DNA of 64,000 nucleotides from an uncultured Alphaproteobacteria bacterium (lineage in GTDB: Bacteria; Pseudomonadota; Alphaproteobacteria; RF32; CAG-239), in assembly GCA_944393225.1 (NCBI GenBank), contig CALXZK010000005.1, positions 2,767-66,766 of the forward strand, written 5' to 3'. Numbering within the stretch: position 1 is the stretch's first letter; each line of letters begins with the position of its first letter. Shown here piece by piece: positions 9,789 to 19,892 of the stretch. The notes beneath the pieces were generated by a model, which saw only the letters and a program-made list of their open reading frames with translations, searched no databases and was not told the origin of the DNA. A program made the position numbers and the translations under genes.

Positions 9789-11654
9789 CTATACTTCCGG
9801 AATGGAAGAATGTGTACGCTTTTCTTCCGGCACCGGTTCATCTTTAGACTTATCAATCGGCTTTCCGTCCAACAAATCGTTGATTTCTTCACCGGTCAAG
9901 GTTTCATATTCCATCAAAGCCTCAGCCAATTTTTCCCAATCTTCGCGATGTTCGGTCAAAATCTTTTTGGCATTTTCATAACCTTGGTTGACAAAGGCTT
10001 TAATTTCTTCATCGACCAAAGCAGAGGTTTCTTCACTCATATTTTGGTTTTGCGTAACGGATTTACCCAAAAAGACTTCATTGGAGTTTTCCGAATAACG
10101 GATTGGTCCGAGCTTATCGCTCATACCCCATTCCATCACCATCGAACGAGCCAAGTTGGTGGCGGCGGAAATATCTGAAGATGCACCGGATGTTACTGCA
10201 TCATAACCAAATTTCAGCTCTTCAGCCACACGTCCCCCCATCATAATCGTCAGGGTTGAGTGCATTTTAGCCCGAGAATAAGAATATTGGTCTTTTTCCG
10301 GCAATTGTTGTACCATACCCAAAGCACGTCCTCTCGGAATAATCGTTGCTTTGTGAATAGGGTCAGATTCGGGAACATGAAGCGTGCAAATGGCGTGTCC
10401 GGCTTCATGATAAGCAGTGTTGCGCTTTTCTTTCTCATCCATTGCCACAGATTTGCGCTCATTACCCATCAAAACTTTATCTTTGGCTTCATCAAAATCA
10501 GCTGATGTCACTTTGCGCTTGTTTTTACGAGCGGCAATCAATGCTGCCTCATTCACAAGGTTAGCCAGCTCTGCACCTGAGAACCCTGGGGTTCCACGCG
10601 CAACCACGGTCAAATTAACATCTTTAGCCAATGGCACTTTGCGAACGTGAACTTTCAAAATAGCCTCACGACCGCGCACATCAGGATTTGATACCGTTAC
10701 TTGTCTGTCAAAACGTCCCGGACGCAGCAAAGCCGGATCCAAAACATCGGGACGGTTGGTAGCGGCAATCAAAATCACATTCTCGTTCTCATCAAAACCA
10801 TCCATCTCGACCAAGAGTTGGTTCAAGGTTTGCTCACGTTCATCATTTCCACCGCCCAAACCGGCACCACGATGACGACCGACGGCATCAATCTCATCAA
10901 TAAAGAGCAAACAAGGTGCATTTTTCTTAGCTTGCGCAAACATATCGCGTACGCGCGAAGCACCCACACCGACAAACATCTCAACAAAGTCAGAACCCGA
11001 AATGGAAAAGAACGGCACATTTGCCTCACCGGCCACGGCTTTGGCAAGCAAAGTTTTACCTGTTCCCGGAGGACCGACGAGCAAAACGCCCTTCGGAATT
11101 TTGCCGCCCAGACGTTGGAATTTTTCCGGTTCTTTCAAAAATTCAACCACTTCTTCCAATTCTTGCTTAGATTCATCGCAACCGGCAACATCATCAAAAG
11201 TCACCTTTTTGTTGTTTTCAATCAAGCGAGCGCGCGATTTTCCAAAGCTCAAGGCTTTATTATTACCGGAGTTAGCTTGGCGCATAAAATAAATCCATAC
11301 GCCCACCAGCAAAATCATCGGGAACCAAGAAACAAACACGCCCCAGAATGTATCGGAAGAATTATCTTGAGGAGCTGCCGTCACTTTAGCGCCGCTACTG
11401 CGAATAGTTTCCACCATAGTCGGATCATAAGGCGCATAGGTCATCAACTTCTGTCCGTCAACGGTTGTCCCCGTCACATCGGGACCGGCGATTTTGACCT
11501 CAGCCATACGTTTGGCATCTACCTCGTTCATAAAGTCAGAAAAGGCCACTGTCTGGTATCCGGCTTTTTTAGCATTACCGTTAAACATATTCAAAACGGT
11601 AGATAAGGCTATAAAAGCCACAAACCAGATGATTATACTTTTTCCTGTTCTCAT
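9789..11654 (-). CDS. ftsH: ATP-dependent zinc metalloprotease FtsH
   Basis: 621 aa. Two N-terminal TM segments, Walker [12 protein letters not shown] region, and the HEAGH zinc-binding motif. Confidence 0.95.
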   Translation of the reverse strand: MRTGKSIIIWFVAFIALSTVLNMFNGNAKKAGYQTVAFSDFMNEVDAKRMAEVKIAGPDVTGTTVDGQKLMTYAPYDPTMVETIRSSGAKVTAAPQDNSSDTFWGVFVSWFPMILLVGVWIYFMRQANSGNNKALSFGKSRARLIENNKKVTFDDVAGCDESKQELEEVVEFLKEPEKFQRLGGKIPKGVLLVGPPGTGKTLLAKAVAGEANVPFFSISGSDFVEMFVGVGASRVRDMFAQAKKNAPCLLFIDEIDAVGRHRGAGLGGGNDEREQTLNQLLVEMDGFDENENVILIAATNRPDVLDPALLRPGRFDRQVTVSNPDVRGREAILKVHVRKVPLAKDVNLTVVARGTPGFSGAELANLVNEAALIAARKNKRKVTSADFDEAKDKVLMGNERKSVAMDEKEKRNTAYHEAGHAICTLHVPESDPIHKATIIPRGRALGMVQQLPEKDQYSYSRAKMHSTLTIMMGGRVAEELKFGYDAVTSGASSDISAATNLARSMVMEWGMSDKLGPIRYSENSNEVFLGKSVTQNQNMSEETSALVDEEIKAFVNQGYENAKKILTEHREDWEKLAEALMEYETLTGEEINDLLDGKPIDKSKDEPVPEEKRTHSSIPEV

Positions 11655-11680
11655 CTTTTTTCCTTATTTTTTAACACAAC

Positions 11681-12763
11681 TTATTTATATATAGGAACTA
11701 ATTTCAGCAAAGACAATCGCAATTTATAAGGTATCTTCACTTTCTTATATTTCGGGTGCAAATTGCAAAAATCTTCCCAGTCTTTTTTAGAAGGTTTGTT
11801 TTTGATTTTGAGCTCGGGTACAATCCAAATCTGCCCATATTTTTTAATGATTTCGCATCCACCCAAAGTACAAGAAACAAAATCATCTTCATTTAAGCGC
11901 AACATCAATCGATGCAATTCGGAAGCCTCAGGCTTATACTTGGCTTTGCCTTGCTGATAGAGCAAAGTTCCCAAAACGCGGAATAAAAGTTCTTCATGCA
12001 GTTCGCCCAAATTTTTCTCAGAAAAAGAAACTCCCGCTCCGTCCCAAGAACGAACATGATTTTTAATATATTGATTAACCCGATGTTGCACATAATCCAA
12101 AGTCGATTGCAACACTTTCATGGTTTCGACCAAGCGCTGCGGTGTAATGCCTAAATTTTCTTCAATTTGCGGCATAAACTTACGCACGCGAACACGCAAA
12201 AAATCATCACATTGATTAGAAGGATCTTCCACCCATTCAATTTGGCGATTATAGAGATATTTTTTCAAATCTTCAGGTAAAATGGATAAAAGCGGACGAA
12301 TGAGAGTCAAGCCATTGCGTTGCGTTACGGCACGCATACCGCACAAACCATCCAAACCGCTGCCCCTTTGCAAACGCATGAAAAATGTTTCGGCTTGATC
12401 AAGTGCTTGATGGGCAATTGCCACAACTTTAATATCGTGTTCTTGGCACCAGTCTGCAAGCAAATTATAACGCGCTTCTCTGGCAGCTTCTTCAATACCG
12501 TTTTTGGGCTTTTCTTCGTTCCATGTCAAAATATGGTGCTCAATTTGATAAGCCTTCATAATCCGCCCGACATAAAGAGCTTCGTCTGTAGACTCTCCGC
12601 GCAATTTGTGGTCAACCGTCAATGCCACAATTTTTTTACCGAGAGGCGCAAGTTCTTCTTGCATCATCAATACCAAAGCCAAAGAGTCTGCCCCGCCGGA
12701 AACGGCAACGGCAAACTCTTTAACATCGGATAGACCATATTTTTCCAAAAATTCTTTAATCAA
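11681..12763 (-). CDS. tilS: tRNA(Ile)-lysidine synthetase
   Basis: 360 aa. N-terminal PP-loop SGGADS motif (VAVSGGADSLAL). Confidence 0.9.
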   Translation of the reverse strand: MIKEFLEKYGLSDVKEFAVAVSGGADSLALVLMMQEELAPLGKKIVALTVDHKLRGESTDEALYVGRIMKAYQIEHHILTWNEEKPKNGIEEAAREARYNLLADWCQEHDIKVVAIAHQALDQAETFFMRLQRGSGLDGLCGMRAVTQRNGLTLIRPLLSILPEDLKKYLYNRQIEWVEDPSNQCDDFLRVRVRKFMPQIEENLGITPQRLVETMKVLQSTLDYVQHRVNQYIKNHVRSWDGAGVSFSEKNLGELHEELLFRVLGTLLYQQGKAKYKPEASELHRLMLRLNEDDFVSCTLGGCEIIKKYGQIWIVPELKIKNKPSKKDWEDFCNLHPKYKKVKIPYKLRLSLLKLVPIYK

Positions 12764-12778
12764 CGGAAAACTTCTTTA

Positions 12779-13633
12779 CTATTTACAGCCAAGTTTTTTA
12801 GCTTCTTCAGCTGCTTTTTTGGTAATACGTTCTTCAGCTTTCGGAAACTCTTGTTTCATGTTCATAAAAGCTTCGCATGCGGCATCTTTGTTTTTGAGTT
12901 CATTCATGCTCATACCAAGCTTCAACAAACCGTCAGCACCTTTCGGACCATCTTTGTAGTTTTTATAAACTTTACCGAAAGCAACGGCAGCATCTTTATA
13001 TTTTCCTTGAGTGTAATAAACTTCACCGAGCCAAAATTGAGCATTGCCGGCAAGCTTATCTTGCGGAAAACGACGTAAAACTGAGTCAAAAGAACCTTCG
13101 GCTTTGTCATAATTTTTAGCTTTCAAAAATTCTAAACCTTCCTTATAGATTTGTTCGGCATTTTTAGTCGGCATGGAAGGTAAATCTGTTCCTTTATCAA
13201 TTTCGGCACCGAGCAACGATTTTGCCGCACCATCAGCTACTTTGGGAGCAAATTTTTCTTTGGGTTCTTTAACTCCGGCACCATTTGCTTTAATAGGCTT
13301 TCCCTCAATCATGGAGATGCGAACATCAATATCGCGATTAATCATATCAATACGCTCATTCATAGATTTGAGTTTATATTCAATCTCATCCAAACGACCG
13401 TTAATTTTGCGCATATTTTCATCCATCTCACCCACGCGCATAGCCATATCTGAACCGGAAACCGGACCCGAAAAATCATCATTTTGCGCACGATAAGCAT
13501 TTCTTTGCAAAGCACGAACATCTTCTTTCAATGCTTCAATGTCAGCTTCCAAAGCACCAAATTGTTGAGCTTGAGCAACAGAACTCAATAAGCAAGCAGA
13601 AAATGATAAAACTATTAATTTGCTAAATTTCAT
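12779..13633 (-). CDS. cpoB: Cell division coordinator CpoB/YbgF (Tol-Pal associated, coiled coil plus TPR)
   Basis: 284 aa. Signal peptide, coiled-coil middle, C-terminal TPR-like repeats (AQFWLGEVYYTQGKYKDA...). Sits immediately downstream of pal. Confidence 0.8.
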   Translation of the reverse strand: MKFSKLIVLSFSACLLSSVAQAQQFGALEADIEALKEDVRALQRNAYRAQNDDFSGPVSGSDMAMRVGEMDENMRKINGRLDEIEYKLKSMNERIDMINRDIDVRISMIEGKPIKANGAGVKEPKEKFAPKVADGAAKSLLGAEIDKGTDLPSMPTKNAEQIYKEGLEFLKAKNYDKAEGSFDSVLRRFPQDKLAGNAQFWLGEVYYTQGKYKDAAVAFGKVYKNYKDGPKGADGLLKLGMSMNELKNKDAACEAFMNMKQEFPKAEERITKKAAEEAKKLGCK

Positions 13634-13761
13634 AATGACCTCGAATAACTAAAAAACATTATTAGCCATAAGGTTAAATCAAAAAAAACATAATCTCAAG
13701 CAATAAAAAAAACGTATCCCAAATAAGGATACGTTTTTTATCAATCTCTTATAACTGTAAA

Positions 13762-14247
13762 TTAGTTAGCAGAAGTAGCTTTAACAACAGTTACAGCACG
13801 ACGGTTTTGAGCCCAAGCAGCTTCGTTGTTACCCAAAACAGCCGGTCTTTCTTTACCGTAAGAAATTGTAGAAATTCTGTCAGCAGCTACGCCTTGAGAA
13901 ATGAGGTATTGTTTAACAGCGTTGGCGCGGCGTTCACCCAAAGCCAAGTTGTATTCGCGAGTACCTCTGTCATCGCAGTAACCTTGAACGATTACGTTAA
14001 CTTTTTTGTGATCTTTCAACCATTTTGCTTGACCATCCAAAACATCAGCAGCTTCGCTGGAAATAGCAGAACTATCGAAAGCAAAGAAAACTCTGTCTTC
14101 AGCATTAGCCATGAAATCACGAGCTTCTTTAGAGTCGCATTCAGCGCCACCAAACAAACCGCCATCAAAGCCTAAAGAAGAACAACCAGACAATGCAACA
14201 ATTGCAAAGAATAAACTAAACAGTTTTTTCATATTATTAATCTCCAT
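13762..14247 (-). CDS. pal: Peptidoglycan-associated lipoprotein Pal (OmpA-like domain)
   Basis: 161 aa. Lipobox LSGCSS and the OmpA-like peptidoglycan-binding motif GYCDDRGTREYNLALGERRANAV. Confidence 0.9.
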   Translation of the reverse strand: MEINNMKKLFSLFFAIVALSGCSSLGFDGGLFGGAECDSKEARDFMANAEDRVFFAFDSSAISSEAADVLDGQAKWLKDHKKVNVIVQGYCDDRGTREYNLALGERRANAVKQYLISQGVAADRISTISYGKERPAVLGNNEAAWAQNRRAVTVVKATSAN

Positions 14248-14449
14248 ATGGGTTTAATATTTAATTGTTTAACAATTAATACAAAAAATAACTTAAGCAA
14301 TAAAAGTTAATTTTTCAACAACAAATAAAAAAATACGCTATTTTTATACAAAAAAAATAAAAATTATCCCCTGCTAATATACCAATGACTGCTTTTTGAG
14401 CAAAAATTCGTCTTTAGTGTGTTTTGTCAACATCAAAATTCCGATTCGG

Positions 14450-14890
14450 CTACTCGCGATGATATGGATGATGAGAAATAATGGTTTGCATACGATAAAT
14501 TTGCTCAGCCAAGACCGCACGCATAAGCATATGCGGCAATGTAAGTTTGCCGAAAGAAAGCAATAAATCTGCTTTATCGCGGGTAGATTGCAAATGTCCG
14601 TCCGCACCACCGATTAAAAAACAAAGCTCTGAAACCCCATTTAGTTGCCAATTTTCAATTTTAGCGGCAAGCTCTATACTTTTCATATTCTCGCCACGTT
14701 CATCCAAAACTATAACCTTGGCTCCATGCGGAATATTTTCTTGCAAAAACTTGGCTTCATCAGCTTGGTCGGAATTGTCTTTTTCTTTAATAACCACATT
14801 CCAAGAAGAACGTTTTACATATTCGGCAATAATCATGGCTTCAGGTGAGCTTTTCTTACATTTTCCGATAGCTAAAATCGTAACTTTCAT
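14450..14890 (-). CDS. rlmH: 23S rRNA (pseudouridine1915-N3)-methyltransferase RlmH (SPOUT)
   Basis: 146 aa. The MKVTILAIGK start and the C-terminal SPOUT knot region LPHMLMRAVLAEQIYR match the RlmH family. Confidence 0.85.
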   Translation of the reverse strand: MKVTILAIGKCKKSSPEAMIIAEYVKRSSWNVVIKEKDNSDQADEAKFLQENIPHGAKVIVLDERGENMKSIELAAKIENWQLNGVSELCFLIGGADGHLQSTRDKADLLLSFGKLTLPHMLMRAVLAEQIYRMQTIISHHPYHRE

Positions 14891-14977
14891 ATATTTCCTC
14901 TCTTGACATTTTTTCTTAAAAACATAATCATAAATGTAAATTAATACAATTATAAATAATTATTAAAAATAAATATT

Positions 14978-15442
14978 ATGAAAAAAGAAATTTTTGATAC
15001 CATTTCTTCATGGCATCAAGAACAAAAGAAAAAATTAGCCGAAGAAATCCCGATTGTTTCTTCAGTGCTATTATTGGACACACTCTCCTCCACGGTATCC
15101 AGCGTTGAACAAGTTGAACAAGTTCTTTCAGAAAAATTGGGCAACAACATTCAACCATCCATGATTTTTTGGGGAGTTCCCTACAGTTTACATGCCCCCT
15201 GTCCTGACTTAAAAATAAGCTCCGGATATGCTTATTGGATAGCCAATTTAGGTTGGATTCTCATCTGGAAAAATGATAACAAAATCTTCTTTCTTGATAA
15301 GAATTTATTCGGCATGGAAAAGTGCTTCAATTTTCATAGTAAAAAATCGGCATATGCAACGCTCATCCAAGACATAAAAATCCGAGCGTTTATTATTCTG
15401 ATTTTGATGGCTTTGGCGGCACTGTGTATTTTGTTAAATTAA
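14978..15442 (+). CDS. Hypothetical protein with a C-terminal transmembrane helix
   Basis: 154 aa. Hydrophobic C-terminal segment IRAFIILILMALAALCILL. No recognised domain. Confidence 0.4.
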   Translation: MKKEIFDTISSWHQEQKKKLAEEIPIVSSVLLLDTLSSTVSSVEQVEQVLSEKLGNNIQPSMIFWGVPYSLHAPCPDLKISSGYAYWIANLGWILIWKNDNKIFFLDKNLFGMEKCFNFHSKKSAYATLIQDIKIRAFIILILMALAALCILLN

Positions 15443-15483
15443 AAAAAAAGCTGAGTTTTCAAACTCAGCTTTTTTTATTTATT

Positions 15484-15864
15484 CTATTCGCCACCGACTT
15501 TTTTCAAAGTTCCAATAGAAGCCCACATTTTTTCCAAATTATAAAATTCGCGGACTTCCGGCTTAAAAATATGAACAATCACGTCAAAGGCATCAATCAA
15601 AACCCAATCGGCTTTTTCTTCACCTTCTGCCATTGAGAGATATCCGGCAGCTTTAAGCTTTTCTTGTACTTTTTCAGCCAAAGAAGCAACATGGCGTTGT
15701 GATGTACCGCTGGCAATCACCATTTGATTGGCAATAGAAGATTTTCCTTGCAAATCAATAACAACCAAATCTTCAGCCTTACCTTCATCCAAGGTATCGA
15801 CCACGATTTTCAAAATTTCTGCAGCTTCTTGCTCGGAGGTTTGTTTTTTTGCTTTTTTAATCAA
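15484..15864 (-). CDS. rsfS: Ribosomal silencing factor RsfS (Iojap family)
   Basis: 126 aa. The DLVVIDLQGKSSIANQMVIASGTSQRH and DWVLIDAFDVIVHIF segments are characteristic of Iojap/RsfS. Confidence 0.85.
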   Translation of the reverse strand: MIKKAKKQTSEQEAAEILKIVVDTLDEGKAEDLVVIDLQGKSSIANQMVIASGTSQRHVASLAEKVQEKLKAAGYLSMAEGEEKADWVLIDAFDVIVHIFKPEVREFYNLEKMWASIGTLKKVGGE

Positions 15865-15888
15865 ATCTCTGCTCCTTGTTTTGCACCG

Positions 15889-17010
<1,122 letters not shown>

Positions 17011-17017
17011 CTAAAAA

Positions 17018-17272
17018 TTATTCGGTAACAACAGAAACAACTGTTCTATCGCCGGCCTTTTTAGAAAATTCAACTTTACCTTCGGCAACGGCAAAGATTG
17101 TGTGATCTTTACCCATAGCAACATTGTTACCCGGGTGGTAAACAGTACCACGTTGACGAATGATGATATTTCCGGGGATAACGGCTTCACCGCCGAATTT
17201 TTTAACGCCCAAACGACGTCCGATAGAGTCGCGTCCGTTATTGGAACTACCGCCTGACTTCTTATGTGCCAT
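17018..17272 (-). CDS. rpmA: 50S ribosomal protein L27
   Basis: 84 aa. [16 protein letters not shown]...GVKKFGGE is the canonical L27 N-terminus. Confidence 0.95.
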   Translation of the reverse strand: MAHKKSGGSSNNGRDSIGRRLGVKKFGGEAVIPGNIIIRQRGTVYHPGNNVAMGKDHTIFAVAEGKVEFSKKAGDRTVVSVVTE

Positions 17273-17293
17273 AACTCAATACTCCCTTATATC

Positions 17294-17596
17294 TTATTTA
17301 CCACAAACATCGGTAATTTTAACCAATGTAATTTGTTGTCTGTGGCCGTTTTTACGACGATAGTTTTGTCTTCTTTTCTTTTTGAAAACAATAACTTTAG
17401 CGTCTTTAGCTTGTTTCAAAACGGTAGCTTTAACAGAAGCACCTGCAACCAACGGAGTACCAATGGTTTCACCGCAAGCCAAAACTTCGTTAAATACAAC
17501 TTCGCTACCTTCATTACCGGCGATTTTCTCAATTTTAATAACATCACCAGATGCTACTTTATATTGTTTTCCGCCTGTTCTAATTACTGCGTACAT
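17294..17596 (-). CDS. rplU: 50S ribosomal protein L21
   Basis: 100 aa. [14 protein letters not shown] start. The rplU-rpmA-obg order is conserved. Confidence 0.95.
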   Translation of the reverse strand: MYAVIRTGGKQYKVASGDVIKIEKIAGNEGSEVVFNEVLACGETIGTPLVAGASVKATVLKQAKDAKVIVFKKKRRQNYRRKNGHRQQITLVKITDVCGK

Positions 17597-17721
17597 TTTT
17601 ATTCACCTAATTTTACAATTTTAAACATAAAACGTTGCTTTGCAATATACATAAGTTTTTCGCTGTGTCAAGTAAGAATCTCTATAAAAATTAATAAAAC
17701 ATCAATAAAAGGTATTTTTTC

Positions 17722-18186
17722 TTATTTTTTATTCAAGATTCTGTAGAGTTCAGGTTTAAGGAAACGCCCTTGCCAAATGCCTTTTTTCTTCTTTTGAGCT
17801 TGTTTCTCAACATCATTATATTCTTGCGTATATCTTTTGTAAGCCACAGCCCATCCTTCTTCAACCATTTTCTCATTTATGTTGATTCCGCGGCTATAAC
17901 AAACCGAAACATAGCGCTTATATTTATCTTTGACGATAAATTCACATTGAGTATCCGGTCCTGCCAATTTTTGCAAAGCCTGCTTTGCCAGCTTTCCGCA
18001 AGGATATTCTTTGTTTTTGGCATTATAACAAGTTTGCTTATATTCGGGAGCATCGATTCCTGATAATCTGATTTCTCGGTTATCAACAAACAAGCTATCC
18101 CCATCAACGACTTTGACTTTTGCCTCTGCCGAGACGGGATATGCCAAAAACATCAAACTAAAAAAACAAAAATAAAACTTAAGCAT
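17722..18186 (-). CDS. Secreted thermonuclease (SNase-like) family protein
   Basis: 154 aa. Signal peptide followed by VVDGDSL...IRLSGIDAPE, which is SNase catalytic-core-like. Confidence 0.8.
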   Translation of the reverse strand: MLKFYFCFFSLMFLAYPVSAEAKVKVVDGDSLFVDNREIRLSGIDAPEYKQTCYNAKNKEYPCGKLAKQALQKLAGPDTQCEFIVKDKYKRYVSVCYSRGININEKMVEEGWAVAYKRYTQEYNDVEKQAQKKKKGIWQGRFLKPELYRILNKK

Positions 18187-18258
18187 ATTATTTCTTTACA
18201 AAACAAACAACAATCGTTATTTTTGCCATTAATTTAACTGATATAAAAAGGATTATCA

Positions 18259-18864
18259 ATGGTAAAAATATCAACATTGCTGGATGGCTATCAAAATTTT
18301 TACAAAAAATATTTTATTGAGAACCCCGAATTTTACCAAAAACTTGTTAAAGAAGGTCAAAATCCGAGAACATTGGTAATTGCCTGTAGCGATTCTCGAG
18401 TTGATCCATCCATTTTGCTCAACACCAAACCGGGAGATATTTTTGTCATTCGCAATGTAGCCAGTTTAGTTCCGCCTTATGAAAATGATGACAGCAGTTG
18501 TCACGGAACATCTGCCGCCATTGAATATGCCGTCAAGCACCTCAATGTAGAAAACATTGTTGTAATCGGGCATTCCGATTGCGGCGGTATAAAATCTTTA
18601 ATGAAAGAAAACCAAGAACCGCATAGCTTTATCAATCATTGGCTGTCTATTGCTGATGAAGCCAAACAAAATACTCTTTCTCATAAAGAAATTCCTTCTC
18701 ACCATTGTGAATTATGCGAAAAAGAAGCTATTCGTTGCTCGGTTCGCAATTTGCAAACTTTTCCTTTTATCAAAGAAAAATTGGCACAAGGGCTTATCTC
18801 TCTGCATGGGTGGTATTTCAACATGAACACCGGCTCAATCGAAATTATTGCTTCTTCAGACTAA
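18259..18864 (+). CDS. Beta-class carbonic anhydrase
   Basis: 201 aa. Zinc ligands in CSDSRV and HSDCGG contexts (C-x-D-x-R ... H-x-x-C). Confidence 0.85.
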   Translation: MVKISTLLDGYQNFYKKYFIENPEFYQKLVKEGQNPRTLVIACSDSRVDPSILLNTKPGDIFVIRNVASLVPPYENDDSSCHGTSAAIEYAVKHLNVENIVVIGHSDCGGIKSLMKENQEPHSFINHWLSIADEAKQNTLSHKEIPSHHCELCEKEAIRCSVRNLQTFPFIKEKLAQGLISLHGWYFNMNTGSIEIIASSD

Positions 18865-18962
18865 AAAACTGTTTAATAACGCAAAAAATCCTTTGTTGTT
18901 TATATTCTTTGGCTTTAATATTCAAGCATTAAAAACGTTTTTAAAATAGGGAAGATAGATTC

Positions 18963-19844
18963 GTGTTTAACAAATATGTAAAGACAAGCCTTTTTATCGG
19001 CTTATTAACTTTGTGTGGTTGCAATCTACGCTATGTTTCGTTTAATGACATTGCCAATCAAAAGTTTACACTTACGGAAAATGTAGAAAACACACCTTTG
19101 AGAGAAGTTGGCTCAATTGTTGTTTGTCGCAGCAAGCAATGCGCTCCGGCAAAACTCTCCATGTCCAGCCAATATATTTATAATAGCTTGCTCCATCTTT
19201 TTGAAAACAACAATCACAAAAAAATGTTAGTTTGCCAAGCCAATCCATCTTCTCGTACATGCTTAGAAAACTACATCACTTTGCCCATAAAAGTTGGTAT
19301 CACACCGGCTTATATGTATATTGATTCGGTCAAAATTACCGATATCATCATCAACAAAGGCAGCAACACCTTAAATCTTGTCTTAAATTATAATGTAACC
19401 TACAACGGACAAACACCGGATTGCACGCCGGCACAATCAATTTTATATGTCCGCAACATCAACCACATTTTGCTGGAAGATCCAGGTTATAATTGCAAAA
19501 TGACAACCGTAGGTACCACCAACATCAAAACCATTTTTGTCATTGATTATATCGACTTAGATTATGGCTTTATCGGCGGTTACTATTCTTTAGGTCTGTC
19601 TGGTCCGGCTTATGGCGGCGGCACCGGTTATATGCTTTTGCGTTTACCAAAAAATGCTTATCCGCTTGACCCGAGCTTAACGGCCCCGAAATCCAAAAAG
19701 AAAAGACAAATTTCAACCGATGCCGTTAGCCCTAAAACTTCTTCCGATGAAGGAATGGAAATGACCATGGAAGTTCAAGCTGATACGGCGCAGGGCTTAG
19801 AAGAAGAAACGGTTAAGGTATTTCCTTTACCTGCCAAACAATAA
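18963..19844 (+). CDS. Hypothetical lipoprotein
   Basis: 293 aa. Lipobox LLTLCGC, Gly/Tyr-rich segment, Ser/Thr/Lys-rich C-terminus. Confidence 0.5.
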   Translation: MFNKYVKTSLFIGLLTLCGCNLRYVSFNDIANQKFTLTENVENTPLREVGSIVVCRSKQCAPAKLSMSSQYIYNSLLHLFENNNHKKMLVCQANPSSRTCLENYITLPIKVGITPAYMYIDSVKITDIIINKGSNTLNLVLNYNVTYNGQTPDCTPAQSILYVRNINHILLEDPGYNCKMTTVGTTNIKTIFVIDYIDLDYGFIGGYYSLGLSGPAYGGGTGYMLLRLPKNAYPLDPSLTAPKSKKKRQISTDAVSPKTSSDEGMEMTMEVQADTAQGLEEETVKVFPLPAKQ

Positions 19845-19892
19845 AAAAAAAGAAGGTCTAAAAAAGACCTTCTTTTTTTTATGCATTTTCTC

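Noticed and set aside
10701-11606. 301-aa ORF on the plus strand inside ftsH. Similar long antisense ORFs occur inside aspS (4662..5165), the autotransporter (42194..42531), the histidine kinase (22694..23599) and uvrC (26108..26440).
   Set aside because: They lie entirely antisense to well-supported genes, have low-complexity or odd composition and no start context. They are shadow ORFs.
12606-13110. Overlapping short ORFs on both strands around the tilS/cpoB junction (12606..12959, 12851..13078, 12922..13110)
   Set aside because: They are embedded in or antisense to cpoB and tilS and have low-complexity translations.
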